A stretch of 64,000 nucleotides of DNA from Candidatus Bathyarchaeota archaeon. GTDB lineage: Archaea > Thermoproteota > Bathyarchaeia > TCS64. Under the pieces are notes generated by a model. It saw only the letters and a list, made by a program, of their open reading frames with translations. It was not told where the DNA came from and did no database searches. Positions 35,150 through 47,230 of the stretch are shown piece by piece; within the stretch, counting starts at the first letter, position 1, and the number at the start of each line of letters is the position of its first letter. Location: contig CAVYLP010000003.1 in assembly GCA_963769425.1 (NCBI GenBank), positions 1 through 64,000 of the forward strand, read 5' to 3'. The translations under genes and the position numbers were made by a program.

Positions 35150-35914
35150 TTACCCTCCTCTAAAAATACGTATAGCCAATTTACCCGAGTTAAACAAATT
35201 ATCTAAACACCAACTTATTACAAATTCAGAATAATTCGTTGCCCATCTTTCAGGGTGAATATTTAAATATAATTTAGAAAAGGACTTTGTGGAAATTACT
35301 TTTATTAAATCATTTGTATTTCTTATTTTAATCGAATTTATATCAGTTTTAATGTAGTCCCTTAAATTGTTTTTATTATCCCAGCTACGTCCAGCATCCG
35401 TATAATAATCTATATCAGAAATAGATAGACTACCATCGCCAAGCAAATTAAAATCTTCAAACTTTACATTTTCCCAAATAGAGCTGCTCACATATCTCGA
35501 CAAGGGCCGCCCATGCATGCTAATCGTATTAACATAGCATATTTTTCTAAATTCTTCGAGCTCTTTCTTAAAAACATTAATGGCTTCAAATTGGTCACCA
35601 TTTGTCTTGCAGAGCGTCTCATAATGATAGCCAATCTCATGCCCCATAACCGAAATTGATCGAATAATATCCTTATCAAAAACTCCAGAAGAATATCTAA
35701 AATAATATGTCGCTGAAATTCCTAAATTGTATTCCAGTTCAGCCATTTTTAAGGCATTCTTGGGCTTTCGGTCAACATCATGTCTTAAAATTATAAATCC
35801 ATCCACCGGATGAGATTTTAAATATTCTTCTACGGTAATGAATCTATATCTAGAAATAATATTACACAGTTCTTTATACTTAGCTAATGTAAAATCAAGA
35901 GTCATATAGCTCAC
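35150..35914 (-). CDS. Polysaccharide deacetylase-like protein
   Basis: LRHDVD, ATYYFR, GHEIGYHYE, SMHG and HPERW. Confidence 0.8.
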   Translation of the reverse strand: MSYMTLDFTLAKYKELCNIISRYRFITVEEYLKSHPVDGFIILRHDVDRKPKNALKMAELEYNLGISATYYFRYSSGVFDKDIIRSISVMGHEIGYHYETLCKTNGDQFEAINVFKKELEEFRKICYVNTISMHGRPLSRYVSSSIWENVKFEDFNLLGDGSLSISDIDYYTDAGRSWDNKNNLRDYIKTDINSIKIRNTNDLIKVISTKSFSKLYLNIHPERWATNYSEFVISWCLDNLFNSGKLAIRIFRGG

Positions 35915-36055
35915 ATCGTAATGAATTAACGATCATAATTCTATTATTAAATAGTATGCAATTTATTAAGAGTACGTTTCGCCGTTATTACAATGATTGC
36001 CAACCTAAATAAGAAAACAGTATTACTTTGAAGAACTCGTGCTAACTAATGAGTA

Positions 36056-37054
36056 TTAAAAAAATCGCCTTTTAAGGAGCCTCAAATACACTGACTCTGC
36101 GAATTTACCCCGTATATTCTGTTTCCTAACGGTATAAAAAGCGGTAAGTTTCGGTCCAAATTTTGATTTATATGTGGCAATTCCTTCTTTGTTAGCGCCT
36201 ACAAAATCTATTTTTAGGATGCCTTCCTGCTTACATTTTTTTATGTTTTCCCAAGTGAGCAACTCATTTACAGGTATTTTTCCTTCAGGTCTTACGCTTC
36301 CAAGCCAATCCATGTAAGTATCATTGTGCCATAGAACAACTTCAGATCCGACTATATCCTCGCCATTTTTTACTAAGTGGATGCATATATTATCTGGAAA
36401 TAGTGCCCTAAGTTCGTTTAAATAATCTTTACTATATAATGGAATTGTTAATCCTTGTTCAATATATCTCTTTGAAATCATACCAAATACAAGATCACTT
36501 TTATCAGTTTCAACTATTTTTATATTCAATTCTTCCGCTTTTCTTATTTTAGAACGTTTCTTAATATTAATACCCTTCCAAATTGTATCTATATCGGAAG
36601 ATAAGTCTAGGATATATGTATAGTTAACATTCACATCATATCCACCCCAAATTAACTGTCTAGTATCAATAATATCAGGCATGAACGAAATAAATATGTA
36701 ATCGGGGTTTAATTGTTCTAATGTTTTAGAGAAATCATCATAAATAATCTTGAGATATTCTTCCTGTTTCTCTTGGTTAAAATCATAAAATGTGTCTTTA
36801 AGGGCATATCCAAGATAGGGTATACTAGCTCTCGGCGGTGGTGAGAATAACATCTTAACGGAATATTGTTGTTTATAGAAAACAGGGAATAAGCAAAACA
36901 GTTCATCGGTCTTAAAAAAACCGTAGGTTAACAAATCGAATCCAGAGTATTTAGCCGTTGTTTTAAGAAAATCCCAACGATGAAATATTGTTGAGTGACT
37001 GCAATCCTTAATGAATTTATCCCAGACCTGCGGGTCATCAATTATTTTTATCAA
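36056..37054 (-). CDS. FemAB-like GNAT
   Basis: STIFHRWDFL, YTYILDL, KIRKAE and DFVGAN..YKSKFGP. Confidence 0.85.
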   Translation of the reverse strand: MIKIIDDPQVWDKFIKDCSHSTIFHRWDFLKTTAKYSGFDLLTYGFFKTDELFCLFPVFYKQQYSVKMLFSPPPRASIPYLGYALKDTFYDFNQEKQEEYLKIIYDDFSKTLEQLNPDYIFISFMPDIIDTRQLIWGGYDVNVNYTYILDLSSDIDTIWKGINIKKRSKIRKAEELNIKIVETDKSDLVFGMISKRYIEQGLTIPLYSKDYLNELRALFPDNICIHLVKNGEDIVGSEVVLWHNDTYMDWLGSVRPEGKIPVNELLTWENIKKCKQEGILKIDFVGANKEGIATYKSKFGPKLTAFYTVRKQNIRGKFAESVYLRLLKRRFF

Positions 37055-37142
37055 AAGGCCAGTCCTCGGACTCTATCTAACAGCTCAAAGATAAATTGAT
37101 TATTATTAACCATATATATTATTCTTAACTTAATTATGTACA

Positions 37143-38183
37143 ATGAATTACGACATATTGAAATCAAGTGATAAAATTTGGGACATCTACACGGTAAAAA
37201 ATGATTATCAAATTAATGAAACTAATAATAATTTAAAACGCAACTCTGAAATAATAAAAAATCCTCTGGCCTCAGAATATCTATTTAAAAATGAAAAGGT
37301 GCCCGAATATCCAAATGGGGAGGGATTTGCTTTATGTCTTACACACGACGTCGATGAAATTTACTTTCCATGGAGCCATTTACTACAAGCCATAATTTAT
37401 TACGCCAAAAAAATGAATACGCATGGAATAATAAATTCCTTCCATTGGAAATTTCGTAAAAAAGAGAGTCCATATCTAGATTTTAAAAAGATACTCGATC
37501 TTGAGAAAACATACAATGTTAGATCCACATTCTTTTTCCTAGCAACTGAAAAAGATCCCATCAGATTTCGATATGTCATTGAAGACGCAACGGAAATCAT
37601 CAAAGATATTCAATCAGAAGGATTCGAAATAGGACTTCACGGTGGATACTATGCTTACAATAATCTTGAGGACATCATTCAACAAAAAATTAGACTCGAA
37701 AGAGTTTCTAACAGCCAAGTAATTGGTTACAGGAATCATTATCTAAATTTTAACGTCCCTCAGACATGGTATTATCTGACAAAAGCGGGATTTACATATG
37801 ATTCAACCATCGGATACAACACAAATAACGGATTCAGAAATGGCATGTGCCACCCATACAAACCATATGATCGGAATATTAATAATTATATAAATATTAT
37901 TGAAATTCCCCCAATTATCATGGACTCTGCATTTCCAAAAGGCACACTAGTAACTAATTGGTGGGAATTAAAGAAGATGTTAAAAGTTGTCGAGAAAAAT
38001 CACGGGGTTCTCACCGTTAATTTCCACAACGAAGTGTTTCACGCCCCCTACAAAGCAGACTTCATGAAGCTGTACGTGCATCTCCTGGAGGAAGGGAGAA
38101 GAAGAAAGGCTTGGATGACAAATGCCTCCGAGATACATGACTGGTGGAGAAAAAAATATATCGAGGAAGATATTATCACATAA
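37143..38183 (+). CDS. Polysaccharide deacetylase (CE4)
   Basis: LTHDVD, STFFF, EIGLHG, RNHYL, YDSTIGY and GFRNGMCHPY. Confidence 0.9.
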   Translation: MNYDILKSSDKIWDIYTVKNDYQINETNNNLKRNSEIIKNPLASEYLFKNEKVPEYPNGEGFALCLTHDVDEIYFPWSHLLQAIIYYAKKMNTHGIINSFHWKFRKKESPYLDFKKILDLEKTYNVRSTFFFLATEKDPIRFRYVIEDATEIIKDIQSEGFEIGLHGGYYAYNNLEDIIQQKIRLERVSNSQVIGYRNHYLNFNVPQTWYYLTKAGFTYDSTIGYNTNNGFRNGMCHPYKPYDRNINNYINIIEIPPIIMDSAFPKGTLVTNWWELKKMLKVVEKNHGVLTVNFHNEVFHAPYKADFMKLYVHLLEEGRRRKAWMTNASEIHDWWRKKYIEEDIIT

Positions 38184-38423
38184 ACTACCACATATATATC
38201 AGCGTCGCGCGCATAATAATCTAACTACTTCCTGATTAATAAATAATATACAGTATAACTTAGTTTTAAACGGTGTATAAAAAGAATTCAGCTCATATAA
38301 TAGTGGTACGAGCTAATTTTCAACTTGTCCAAGAATCGGAGAGGGTGATTCAGTGAGCATCAGCAAAACCTTCTTTACTTCGGTTCGGATGAGTATACAT
38401 AGTAGTTGAGTTCTTGAGTTAGA

Positions 38424-39513
38424 TTAATAGTAGTCCCCGTAGGAAAAGTGTATTTTGCTAGGTTGGGAGTTCTCAAGGAGTTTGAACTCCTTCTTTGCCA
38501 GGTCGGTATGGCAATACATCATAAGTGGCAGATTGCTTCTGACATCAATAAAGCCCAATTTAGATGCAATTTTCTGGTAGTTATGACCTGCCACAACTCT
38601 ATAATTTATAGCATTTACACTCAAGCCATCGAAGTAGTCACACGCGTCCACAAACAGGCTTGAAGCCACATCCAATCTCCCAGGTAAAGCAAGGAGGTCC
38701 ATTATGTAACCCTCCGATAACGCACCATCTCCCTTAACCTGAAGCACACAGTACCCCAGAATCTCTTCCCCCTCAGTGACCTGCTTGACAAGGATACGGT
38801 GCCATCGCGGATCTAAATATCTCCAATTCAGGTAATCTTTGTTCCTCTCAACCACGAAATTTAGACCCGCCTTGACTCTGTCGTAGAAGACATTGATACG
38901 TTCATCGAAGAAAGATTTCTCGGCGATGACAAAGTCACCTCGATAGCTAGGTTTGGGAATCAATCTACCTTCAATCGATTTCATTCCTTTGAAAGTGCTG
39001 AAAGCAAAGCACTTCATAGTAGCATTTTCTATAGACACTGACCTGAAGTATTTGCGAACGTTCTTCACTCTGAGCATGTGGCATATTGCATGTGGGAAGA
39101 CCCTTCGACCCTTCTTGAAGTGGTGCTTCACTATAATGGGACTTAGAGGAATTTCATAACTTACCTCATAGCCCTTACGGGTCAGCTCCAGCATGTTGGA
39201 GTCGAATACCCTAGAATATACCCCCAAACCTTTGAACTCCCTATGGGTAGCCGCGTCGTCTCCGTACCTCCCCATGAAGGTGCGGCTACCGATCTTTATT
39301 GTTAGAAGAATTGCATGATCAGCAGCCAACTACTTTTCCATCATTCACAGCAACAGTTATTATCGAGCCCTCGGGACAATCGATATACTTCCACCGCCAA
39401 AAATCAAGTGGAGCCTTTATTCTGGCCCAATCTGGAAATGACTGTATCAATAATTCCACTATTCCCTCCTCATCGCCAGATTCATAAGGACGGACATTAA
39501 AATCAAGACTCAT
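38424..39513 (-). CDS. Tandem-GNAT acyltransferase, paralog 1; frameshift at ~39325
   Basis: WRWKY, DDAATHREFKGLGVY, ERNKDYLNWRY and C-terminal HFSYGDYY. Confidence 0.85.
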
Positions 39514-39823
39514 GTAGTTCGATTGGGTAGAAACCTATATAAAAAAATAAGTATGTTTGTACGCTCTATCGTAGCGTTCGAGAATATCCTATACTTGGCA
39601 GTGATGTCATTTACGACCGAAAACAAAGCCCTTTTAACGAGGTGGTTGGTTTAGAAATAAAGTTCAAGTAATTAGAGGTAAGATAAAGTGCATGTCGGGG
39701 ACTATAAGGCGTGCACACATCACCCTAAAGAGCATCCATTTCATCTGACTGGAGACTCGGACAAACGATAAATATACAATTACAAAAAAGTATTGTCCCT
39801 GACGAGCACTTAGGAGGGAATAT

Positions 39824-40881
39824 ATGTCAAACGAGCTTCAAACAAGATTTTATAAAAATGGCGATGAACTGGAAATCGTAAAATTACTAAGGCGTATTTT
39901 CGATGACTGGGCTGCTCCGCATAAAACCAATTGACTTCTGGAAATGGAAATATCAATCTACGCCCCTAGGGTCATCTATTGCGCTTGTAACAATCGACGA
40001 TAAATTGGCAGGAATCTGGCCATAGGTTAAATTATCGAATTAAGATCGGAGAAAGGGTTCTAAGAAGTCATTACGGAGATGATTTCGCGACACATCCAGA
40101 TTTCAGGGGCAGAGGTGTATATAATAAAGTACTTAATGTATTAGAAGATGAACGTCATAATAGTGGGGTAAATTTTCTCTACACGATAACCACAAATCCA
40201 ATCGTAATGAAAGATAATATCAAGATGGGCAGATTTGACTTACCCCAGCCACTTCTACACATGATCCTTGTAAAGCAGGCTAGATCCGGAACGCAAGCAG
40301 GTCTTTACTTGTATGGCGGGTTAAAACGACTGACAAAAAGTCCTTCCCATGCCGCCTCCTCGAAACCCCATGGGGACTATTTAATCGAGACAATAAGGGA
40401 ATTTAACGGTGCATCTGATACATTCTATGAACGAATAAAAGACTCATACAACTTCATCGTCGAGAGAAACAAGGAATTCATGAACTGGCGGTACTGCGAC
40501 ATCAGAGGAGGCAGATTTTTAATTAAACAAGCAAAACGAGGCGATGACGTTTTAGGTTATATCATTCTTGAGGTTAAGACTAAAGGAGAAAACTCGGAAG
40601 GATACATCATTGATATGCTAGCTGAGGACGATGAGGTTGCTACTTCCCTTTTAAAAGATGGCATTAACTCTTTAGCAGTTCTAGGAGTTGGTACATTTAA
40701 CTACAGGGTTGTAAAGAACCATCCCTATCAAAAAATTTCAGAAAAACTTGGCTTCGTGGCACCACCTAATGTAATTGATATGCATGTCTACTGTCAATTT
40801 GATAACGCTGAAGAAGCAAAGGAGACTCTTTTAGCGACTGAACCAGGAAGTATACACTTCAATTATGGCGATTATTTCTAG
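39824..40881 (+). CDS. Tandem-GNAT acyltransferase, paralog 2; 5' part frameshifted
   Basis: MSNELQTRFYKNGDE, FWKWKY, DDFATHPDFRGRGVY, ERNKEFMNWRY and HFNYGDYF. Confidence 0.85.
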
Positions 40882-41204
40882 AAACCGGTATATATTTAAT
40901 ATTCATTGTTCAAAGAATCGTGTGTATGGAACGATATACATATTTTAGTACTAGACAAGTTCCTTAACTGAATGCTACGTGCGCAAGAGAGGATATTTCA
41001 AAACGATTAGGCTAAAAGTATGTTGTAGGGAATGGGTTTTTTAGTATCGGATTCCGTCCCCTCCAGGGTTTACGAATCTGGCTCTTAAAATACTTCTTAA
41101 ATTTAAACATTATAGATCTAGATGATCATGTATAATTACATATATAAAGGGAAGCGAATCATTAGTAAAAAACAATATAACTTCCCAACATATTAAACAT
41201 CATA

Positions 41205-42293
41205 TTGGACGACGATACAGTCATTAGAGTCTACAATCCAAGCGATGAGAATGGCATTGTTGAACTCCTACAGATGTCATTCCCATTCTGGAAAAAGATT
41301 AAATCCCCTCTCAACTATTGGAGATGGAAATACCTTGAAAACCCGAAGGCCCCAATCATATTCATCGCCGAAACAGACGGCAAAATCGTAGGAGTCGATC
41401 ATTTCACTAGGCTCAAGGCAAAAATAGGAGAATCAACCCAGGAAATATACTACGGTGACGACGCTGCGACCCACCCTGATTATAGAGGTCGTGGAATCTA
41501 TAACAAGATCAATAGGTTGCTTGAAGAAGAAAGAAAACGAAATGAGATTAAGATAGCTTTCTCGTTCACAACAAGCCAAACAGTTGTCAATAGGGGACTC
41601 GAAAAGGGCCGCCTTCCTTTTCCGCACCAACTAATTAACATGCTTAATGTGAATGACATAGACCTCTACCTTAAAACATCAAAGGTAAAAAACTTAACAC
41701 TATATAGTCTTGGTTTCAAAATCCTTAAGACGGGTAACACGATTGTTAACCAATTTAAAGAAAAACAAAGAAACACAAATTTCGAGATAATTCAGGTCTC
41801 AAAATTTAAAGAGAATATGTGGGAGTTCTGGAAAACAATAGAACAAGAATACTCTCTCATCTTCGAAAGAAGCAATGAGTACCTGAATTGGAGATACTCT
41901 GACCCCACTGCCGATGAAATAAAAATCCGAGAAGCCGTGATTAAGGACGAGGTAATCGGATATGTTGTGACCGAACTGAGGAATTATGCCGACAACATCC
42001 AAAAAGGCTACATTTTGGATCTTCTAGCGCTCCCCGAAAGACTCGACGCCGCTGGAAGCCTTTTAGAAAATGCTCTCAGTTACTTTAATAGTCTGGGAAT
42101 AAATGGTGTCGAATATCAGGTTATTAGGGGACACCCATACCAGAGTCTAGCGAGCAAATATAACCTCGTAGACACGTCGCTGATATCTAAAAGATACTTT
42201 TCATGGCAATACAAGGGTGCTGAGAAAGAGTACGAGACAATCAAAGCAGCACCGTCTAATAAAATTCACTTCACACTAAGCGACTATCTCTAA
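41205..42293 (+). CDS. Tandem-GNAT acyltransferase, paralog 3 (intact)
   Basis: YWRWKY, DDAATHPDYRGRGIY, ERSNEYLNWRY and HFTLSDYL. Confidence 0.9.
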   Translation: MDDDTVIRVYNPSDENGIVELLQMSFPFWKKIKSPLNYWRWKYLENPKAPIIFIAETDGKIVGVDHFTRLKAKIGESTQEIYYGDDAATHPDYRGRGIYNKINRLLEEERKRNEIKIAFSFTTSQTVVNRGLEKGRLPFPHQLINMLNVNDIDLYLKTSKVKNLTLYSLGFKILKTGNTIVNQFKEKQRNTNFEIIQVSKFKENMWEFWKTIEQEYSLIFERSNEYLNWRYSDPTADEIKIREAVIKDEVIGYVVTELRNYADNIQKGYILDLLALPERLDAAGSLLENALSYFNSLGINGVEYQVIRGHPYQSLASKYNLVDTSLISKRYFSWQYKGAEKEYETIKAAPSNKIHFTLSDYL

Positions 42294-42713
42294 CCACTGA
42301 CGTACAAAGCCAACCACATCAATCTTTCAATGGAATTTGACTTTCACTAAATCGGGGTATAAAATGTGACTCGTGAGAGTCGCCGGCAGTATGAAAGGGA
42401 ATCTGGCTTGTTCAGATAAACTGCATGACAATGATCTCTTTACCGCAAGATTTTTTTGTCAACATTATGGATAACGGTTTGAGAAGTGCTCACCAAACAC
42501 CTCTGATACCCTTAGCCAAGTAATGCGCGTTCTACTGTCCAGTTAAACTAACCGGAAAATAATACTTCGACAAATCGGTTAAATAGTTATGTGAATACTC
42601 ATGGCTGCTCAAGTAAACCATGCTAAATTGGTTTCAAAAGTTAAAAAAAAAGCGTAAATTCCCCTGTTAATGACTTGTTAAACACTATAAATATTTCAAT
42701 GCCTAATGAACTA

Positions 42714-43538
42714 TTAATAATCAACGATTTTTGCCTTTTTTAAGTCCAGATTATTTGTACTAGTAATCACTACATTCGAATGAAAAAACTTATAAAAATA
42801 CTTCATTTTAATTCTCCAGAAATAGTCACGAAGCAACAATCTAGACACATTAACAATATATCTTGTATAACGAATCTTCGATTTCTCATTGCCATAACGT
42901 GCAGGTATGTGGACGTCCATCACTCGGAAGCCAACCACATTTAGTTTCGCAAGAAGATCATTACAGTAGCCATAGGAGGGATAGACACCATTAAGATCAA
43001 TTCCATGTAGAGCTTTCGAACTGATAGCTGTGTACCCATTCTGAGGATCACCAATATTCCAATATCCTGATGAAAATTTGGTTAGCAACGTCAATAAAAA
43101 GTTCCCAAGTCTACGAAAGTTACTCATACCCTTCATATCTTTGATTGATAAAAGTCTATTTCCCTTGGTGTAGTCGGCCTTATCATCAATTATTGGGTCA
43201 ACAAGTGAAGGTATATAACTTGGATCCATTTGGTTATCTCCGGCCATTACAACTACTATGTCAATATTATCGTCGATGCTTTTTTTATACCCTGTAATTA
43301 TCCCGGCACCTACTCCCTTGTTTACTTCATGCTTAATTGGGTGAATTCGGAAATCAGAAAGTGCTAGTTCTGCTGCTATTTCGTATGTTCGATCAGGGGA
43401 ATCATCGTCAATTACGTAAATCTGATCAATGTAATCCGGAATTGTTTGTATGGTTTGTCCAATAAGAAGCTCTTCTTTGTATGCGGGTACGACTACAGAG
43501 AGTTTCTTATTTTTATACATTATCGGGACCCTATTCAT
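42714..43538 (-). CDS. GT2, dolichol-phosphate glycosyltransferase-like
   Basis: VVVPAYKE, VIDDDSPD, MAGDNQMDP and DPQNGY. Confidence 0.9.
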   Translation of the reverse strand: MNRVPIMYKNKKLSVVVPAYKEELLIGQTIQTIPDYIDQIYVIDDDSPDRTYEIAAELALSDFRIHPIKHEVNKGVGAGIITGYKKSIDDNIDIVVVMAGDNQMDPSYIPSLVDPIIDDKADYTKGNRLLSIKDMKGMSNFRRLGNFLLTLLTKFSSGYWNIGDPQNGYTAISSKALHGIDLNGVYPSYGYCNDLLAKLNVVGFRVMDVHIPARYGNEKSKIRYTRYIVNVSRLLLRDYFWRIKMKYFYKFFHSNVVITSTNNLDLKKAKIVDY

Positions 43539-43843
43539 TTTAATATGCTATTATGAGTAAATCTTCTATCTGATCGATGGATTATCATCGCACGCATATC
43601 AGTTCCGTTACAGAATATCCTTGACTTATTAATATCGTCTCCGATATTCTAGTTCTAATCTATCGTTAGGTAGTAAATTAAAATAATCTTAATAATTATT
43701 AGGTGCAGAATAAAAAACTATTAGACCCTGATAAAAGTGTTACAATCTTTGTCAAGTTAAATAAAGCATTGAATAAAACCAGTCGAAATAGAACAGCGCG
43801 CATTAAAGATAAGACGTATTGACCATATTGCCCATTTTACTAT

Positions 43844-44787
43844 TTAGCCCACCAGGACTCTCTGCCTTGTCTTCGAAGATCTCAGAGCCTCCTCACAGAG
43901 GGTAAGTGCACGAAGACCGTCTTCCCCGGTTATCTCAGGAGATAAACCGTTGGCGACGTGGTCTATGAATGAGCGAAGTTCCTCCTGAAGAGGTTCTTTA
44001 TATGGTAAAAAGGGCTGTACAATCATTTCGTTATTTTCGATGGTGATCTGCTGGGTAGTGTACTCGACGTTGATTATTCCTTCTGTTCCGGTTACTGTGA
44101 GTGTCCTGATTCTTCTTGGGGTAAGCCAGTTTGTTTCGATAAATGCACTCCGGTCTCTATCATAGAAAAGATTGATGTTAGCATAATCTTCATACTTATG
44201 CCTGATACACCCTGCTACGGCTGAAACATACTGTGGCTCCCCTATGAGAATGTGATTAATAATATCAATATCGTGGATGGCAAGGTCTTTCACAACACCA
44301 ACGTCACCAATCCGATCTGGACTTCGACTTACTCTACGGGAGTGAGCAAGTATTACATCTCCAATTTCGCCATTGGAACTTCTCTATACACCTCTTGGAC
44401 TGCGGGATTGAATCGTTCTACGAAGCCAACCGTTAGAAAGACCCCAGCTTTGTGGGCCTTATCGATCAGGTTTTTCGCCTCTTCAATTGTATTCGTCATC
44501 GGTTTCTCGACAAGAACATGCTTACCATTTTCAATGGCTTGTAGGGCGAGATCGTGGTGTGTTATAGTTGGTGTACAAATATCGACGACTTGTATGTTAG
44601 GGTCGTGGAATATTATTTTTGGATCGGTGTAGTATGGTACATGGTAAAGTTCACCGATCTCTCTAGCGGTAGGTTCATGAGCATCCGATATTGCCACAAG
44701 TTTGGCTCCGGGTAGGCTCCTGTAAACGCGAGCGTGGTTTCGACCCCAGCTCCCACATCCTATTACTGCGGCATTAATCGTCGACAT
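43844..44787 (-). CDS. Gfo/Idh/MocA oxidoreductase, NDP-sugar 3-dehydrogenase-like; frameshift at ~44350
   Basis: GCGSWG, VEKP, GFVERFNPA and DLAIHDID. Confidence 0.85.
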
Positions 44788-45061
44788 AGTAGAGATGTTG
44801 TTAGTTGAAGGATTAATGGGTTATTAAAATAAGGATACACTCTTGCCAATGATCAAGAGTCCAGAAGGAAAAAAGAAGCAATTCGCGGCAATTAATTAAC
44901 CTATTTTGCTTCGTCAAAAAATGTTTATAAACTTCAGGAAGAAAGTTGAAATTTTTATATAAACTGAGATTGTGAGCCTTAGGATCATCTACATATTGTG
45001 AGCTCCAGCACGTAGCACAGTGTAAATTAATTTAATAATTAGTCCCCGGTTTAAATTCATT

Positions 45062-45304
45062 TTAGCTGACTATACCGAGAACCTTAATTAAAGCAAAATA
45101 GCTAAGTGTCATAAGAAAGGCTACCCCAACTAAATCTACGTCTCGTCTCTTTTGTCTGAAAATTAGAGTTGTTCCAAAATAACAAATACTCAGAATTGTG
45201 AGATAGATGTCCAAAGTAATCTTTGGGATTAGGAATTGTGCAGTTAAGAGTGATACAAAGAAAACGATACTGAGTGTTGAAATATAGAGTTTTTGTTTAT
45301 TCAT
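45062..45304 (-). CDS. Small 3-TM membrane protein
   Basis: Hydrophobic 80-aa ORF directly downstream of, and co-oriented with, 45316. Confidence 0.65.
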   Translation of the reverse strand: MNKQKLYISTLSIVFFVSLLTAQFLIPKITLDIYLTILSICYFGTTLIFRQKRRDVDLVGVAFLMTLSYFALIKVLGIVS

Positions 45305-45315
45305 CTTTTATCACC

Positions 45316-46591
45316 CTAAATATCGCCGTAATTATTTTTCCAGTTGTATTCTCTTCCTTTAGAATAATTGGGGCGTGGTAGATTATTTGCGAGTACGCTA
45401 CCAACTATGCTTGTTTGGAGTGTTCCTAGGACGGCTATGTAGCGTGGAAAGTCGAAGTTGAGCGTGCTTACTTTCATTTGAATGAGGACGTCTTCACCCT
45501 GTTTGATCTCCTTAACCGACTGGATAAGGCCTAAACCCTCTACGAGAGTGTTTCTGAGTGCTTCCTCAATTGAAACATCATTATTTAGTGATTCGATTAA
45601 ATCGCCACCAATCGGCATACGGATCATTAGCCCTAGCTTCCTATCGATATCTATAACGAGCCTCGGTGGGGCATCTACCAGTTTTTTAAATAGATTAAAA
45701 TCAGTAGGCTCTCCGAGAGGTATATATGCATACGTTCTTCCCTCCTTACTAGGGAGATAGATCGCCTTCTCTTTAGCTTCGAATTGCTCGAGAATGGCTT
45801 CCACATTATATAATGACTCTTTTAACATCGCGAGCAGATTTTTATGGGGTGTGGGATCGTTTGGGAGCAGCATAGTGGTGGCGCCTAAAACGAATATGGC
45901 GATCCCTATCGCTGTAAAGAGACTGCTGTTGAATCTGAAAAATGCAATCACTGACAGCCCGGCACCGATGGATGTGAGGATGAACCCAAGAAGGATGTAG
46001 GGGGAGATCTTAATCTTTCGCGTTGCCTTCACCTTGGATGGGCTCGTTTTCGATTCATTACGGTACCAAACGCGTACACCCCAGATTAGTAATACAAATA
46101 CGCCCAAGGATGCGAGAAAAAGTGATACTCCTCTAGCGTTTATGTCTCGTAAAAAGTAGGAGAAGGGATGAGAAAAATCAGCTGAGACAACCCCATACCA
46201 GAGATACTTCGTTGCATTACTAAACGAATTATCAAAGTTGAGTCTATAGTATCCATTTTCGTTGGCTGTCCACGTTACTTGTTCAGGGTTGATGATTCTC
46301 TTTTCGACTATAGACGTATTCGAGGGACTCTTTATGCTGAAATCGAGGTTGTTATTTCCGCCAGATATGTGGATCTCGACAGACTACTTTTGTTCCTTGG
46401 GGAAGCCAAGTCAAGAGATAATTCTGGGAGGAGGGATTAATAGTCGAATTTGCTTCCGTTGGATAAATGTGGTAAGATTCTGATACTATTAACGGTCCTA
46501 CTATCATCAGACCAATACCTAGTAGTATCAGAAAAAAACCTGGAACTAAAAAAATCGTGTTGTTTCCCTTTAAAAAAGAACTCATGTCCAC
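45316..46591 (-). CDS. Membrane protein with an emp24/GOLD-like domain; frameshift at ~46380
   Basis: The joined frames give ISGGNNNLDFSIKSP..WTANENGYYRLNFDNSFS, then TM helices and ORF 45316-46107. Confidence 0.6.
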
Positions 46592-46884
46592 TAGTTACTT
46601 CGACCAGTTTAATAATAGTTTATGCCTTCTTGTTTCTGTTTGTTTTTTATGTAGAAAAGGTAGTGAAGAGGAAAGTAACAATGAGAACGAAAGTGCTATT
46701 GGGTTTCGGCGCACGCAATTCATAAATGGCTCAAATTAATTGGAAATTCATAACAGTTTCTACAATCATTATCACTTATTAAAAAGAGTGTTTCGGGAAT
46801 AAATTCTTATAAATGAGGATGAAAATCGCACCCTTTTCAAGGATGTATATTAATAGCTAAAAAAATAACTTTTATTGTTACAAA

Positions 46885-47162
46885 ATGGCATTCGATCCAC
46901 TTGAATTGGTTATTATCGTCGTAGCAGTTGCACTTCTTTTCTAGGGCCCAAGCAGATCCCCGAACTAGCGAGAGCACTCGGAAGAGCAAGAGGTGAGTAC
47001 AGTAAAGCCAGCAAGGAAATAGATAACGAGGAGAAGCCTAAATCACGAAAGGAGACCCCCGAAGACCCGTTAACAACTGTGGCCCTAAGCCTAGGAATAA
47101 GCGTGGAAGGAAAGTCAAAGGACCAGATTGCTAAGGAGATAATTGATAAAAAATCTTTCTAA
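46885..47162 (+). CDS. tatA: TatA/E paralog; frameshift at ~46940; absent from the ORF track
   Basis: MAFDPLELVIIVVAV..GPKQIPELARALGRARGEYSKA..LGISVEGKSKDQIA, paralogous to 48186-48482. Confidence 0.85.
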
Positions 47163-47230
47163 GAAAAGATGAGTTTTAGGATTCCTCGTCTAAGCGGACT
47201 CATTAGTCATGATATTTCACATAGTCAAGA

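Noticed and set aside
41021-41082. Weak tRNA-3'-end-like sequences (TGTTGTAGGGAATGGG; CCAGGGTTTACGAATCTGG)
   Set aside because: Too short and degenerate to separate from chance.
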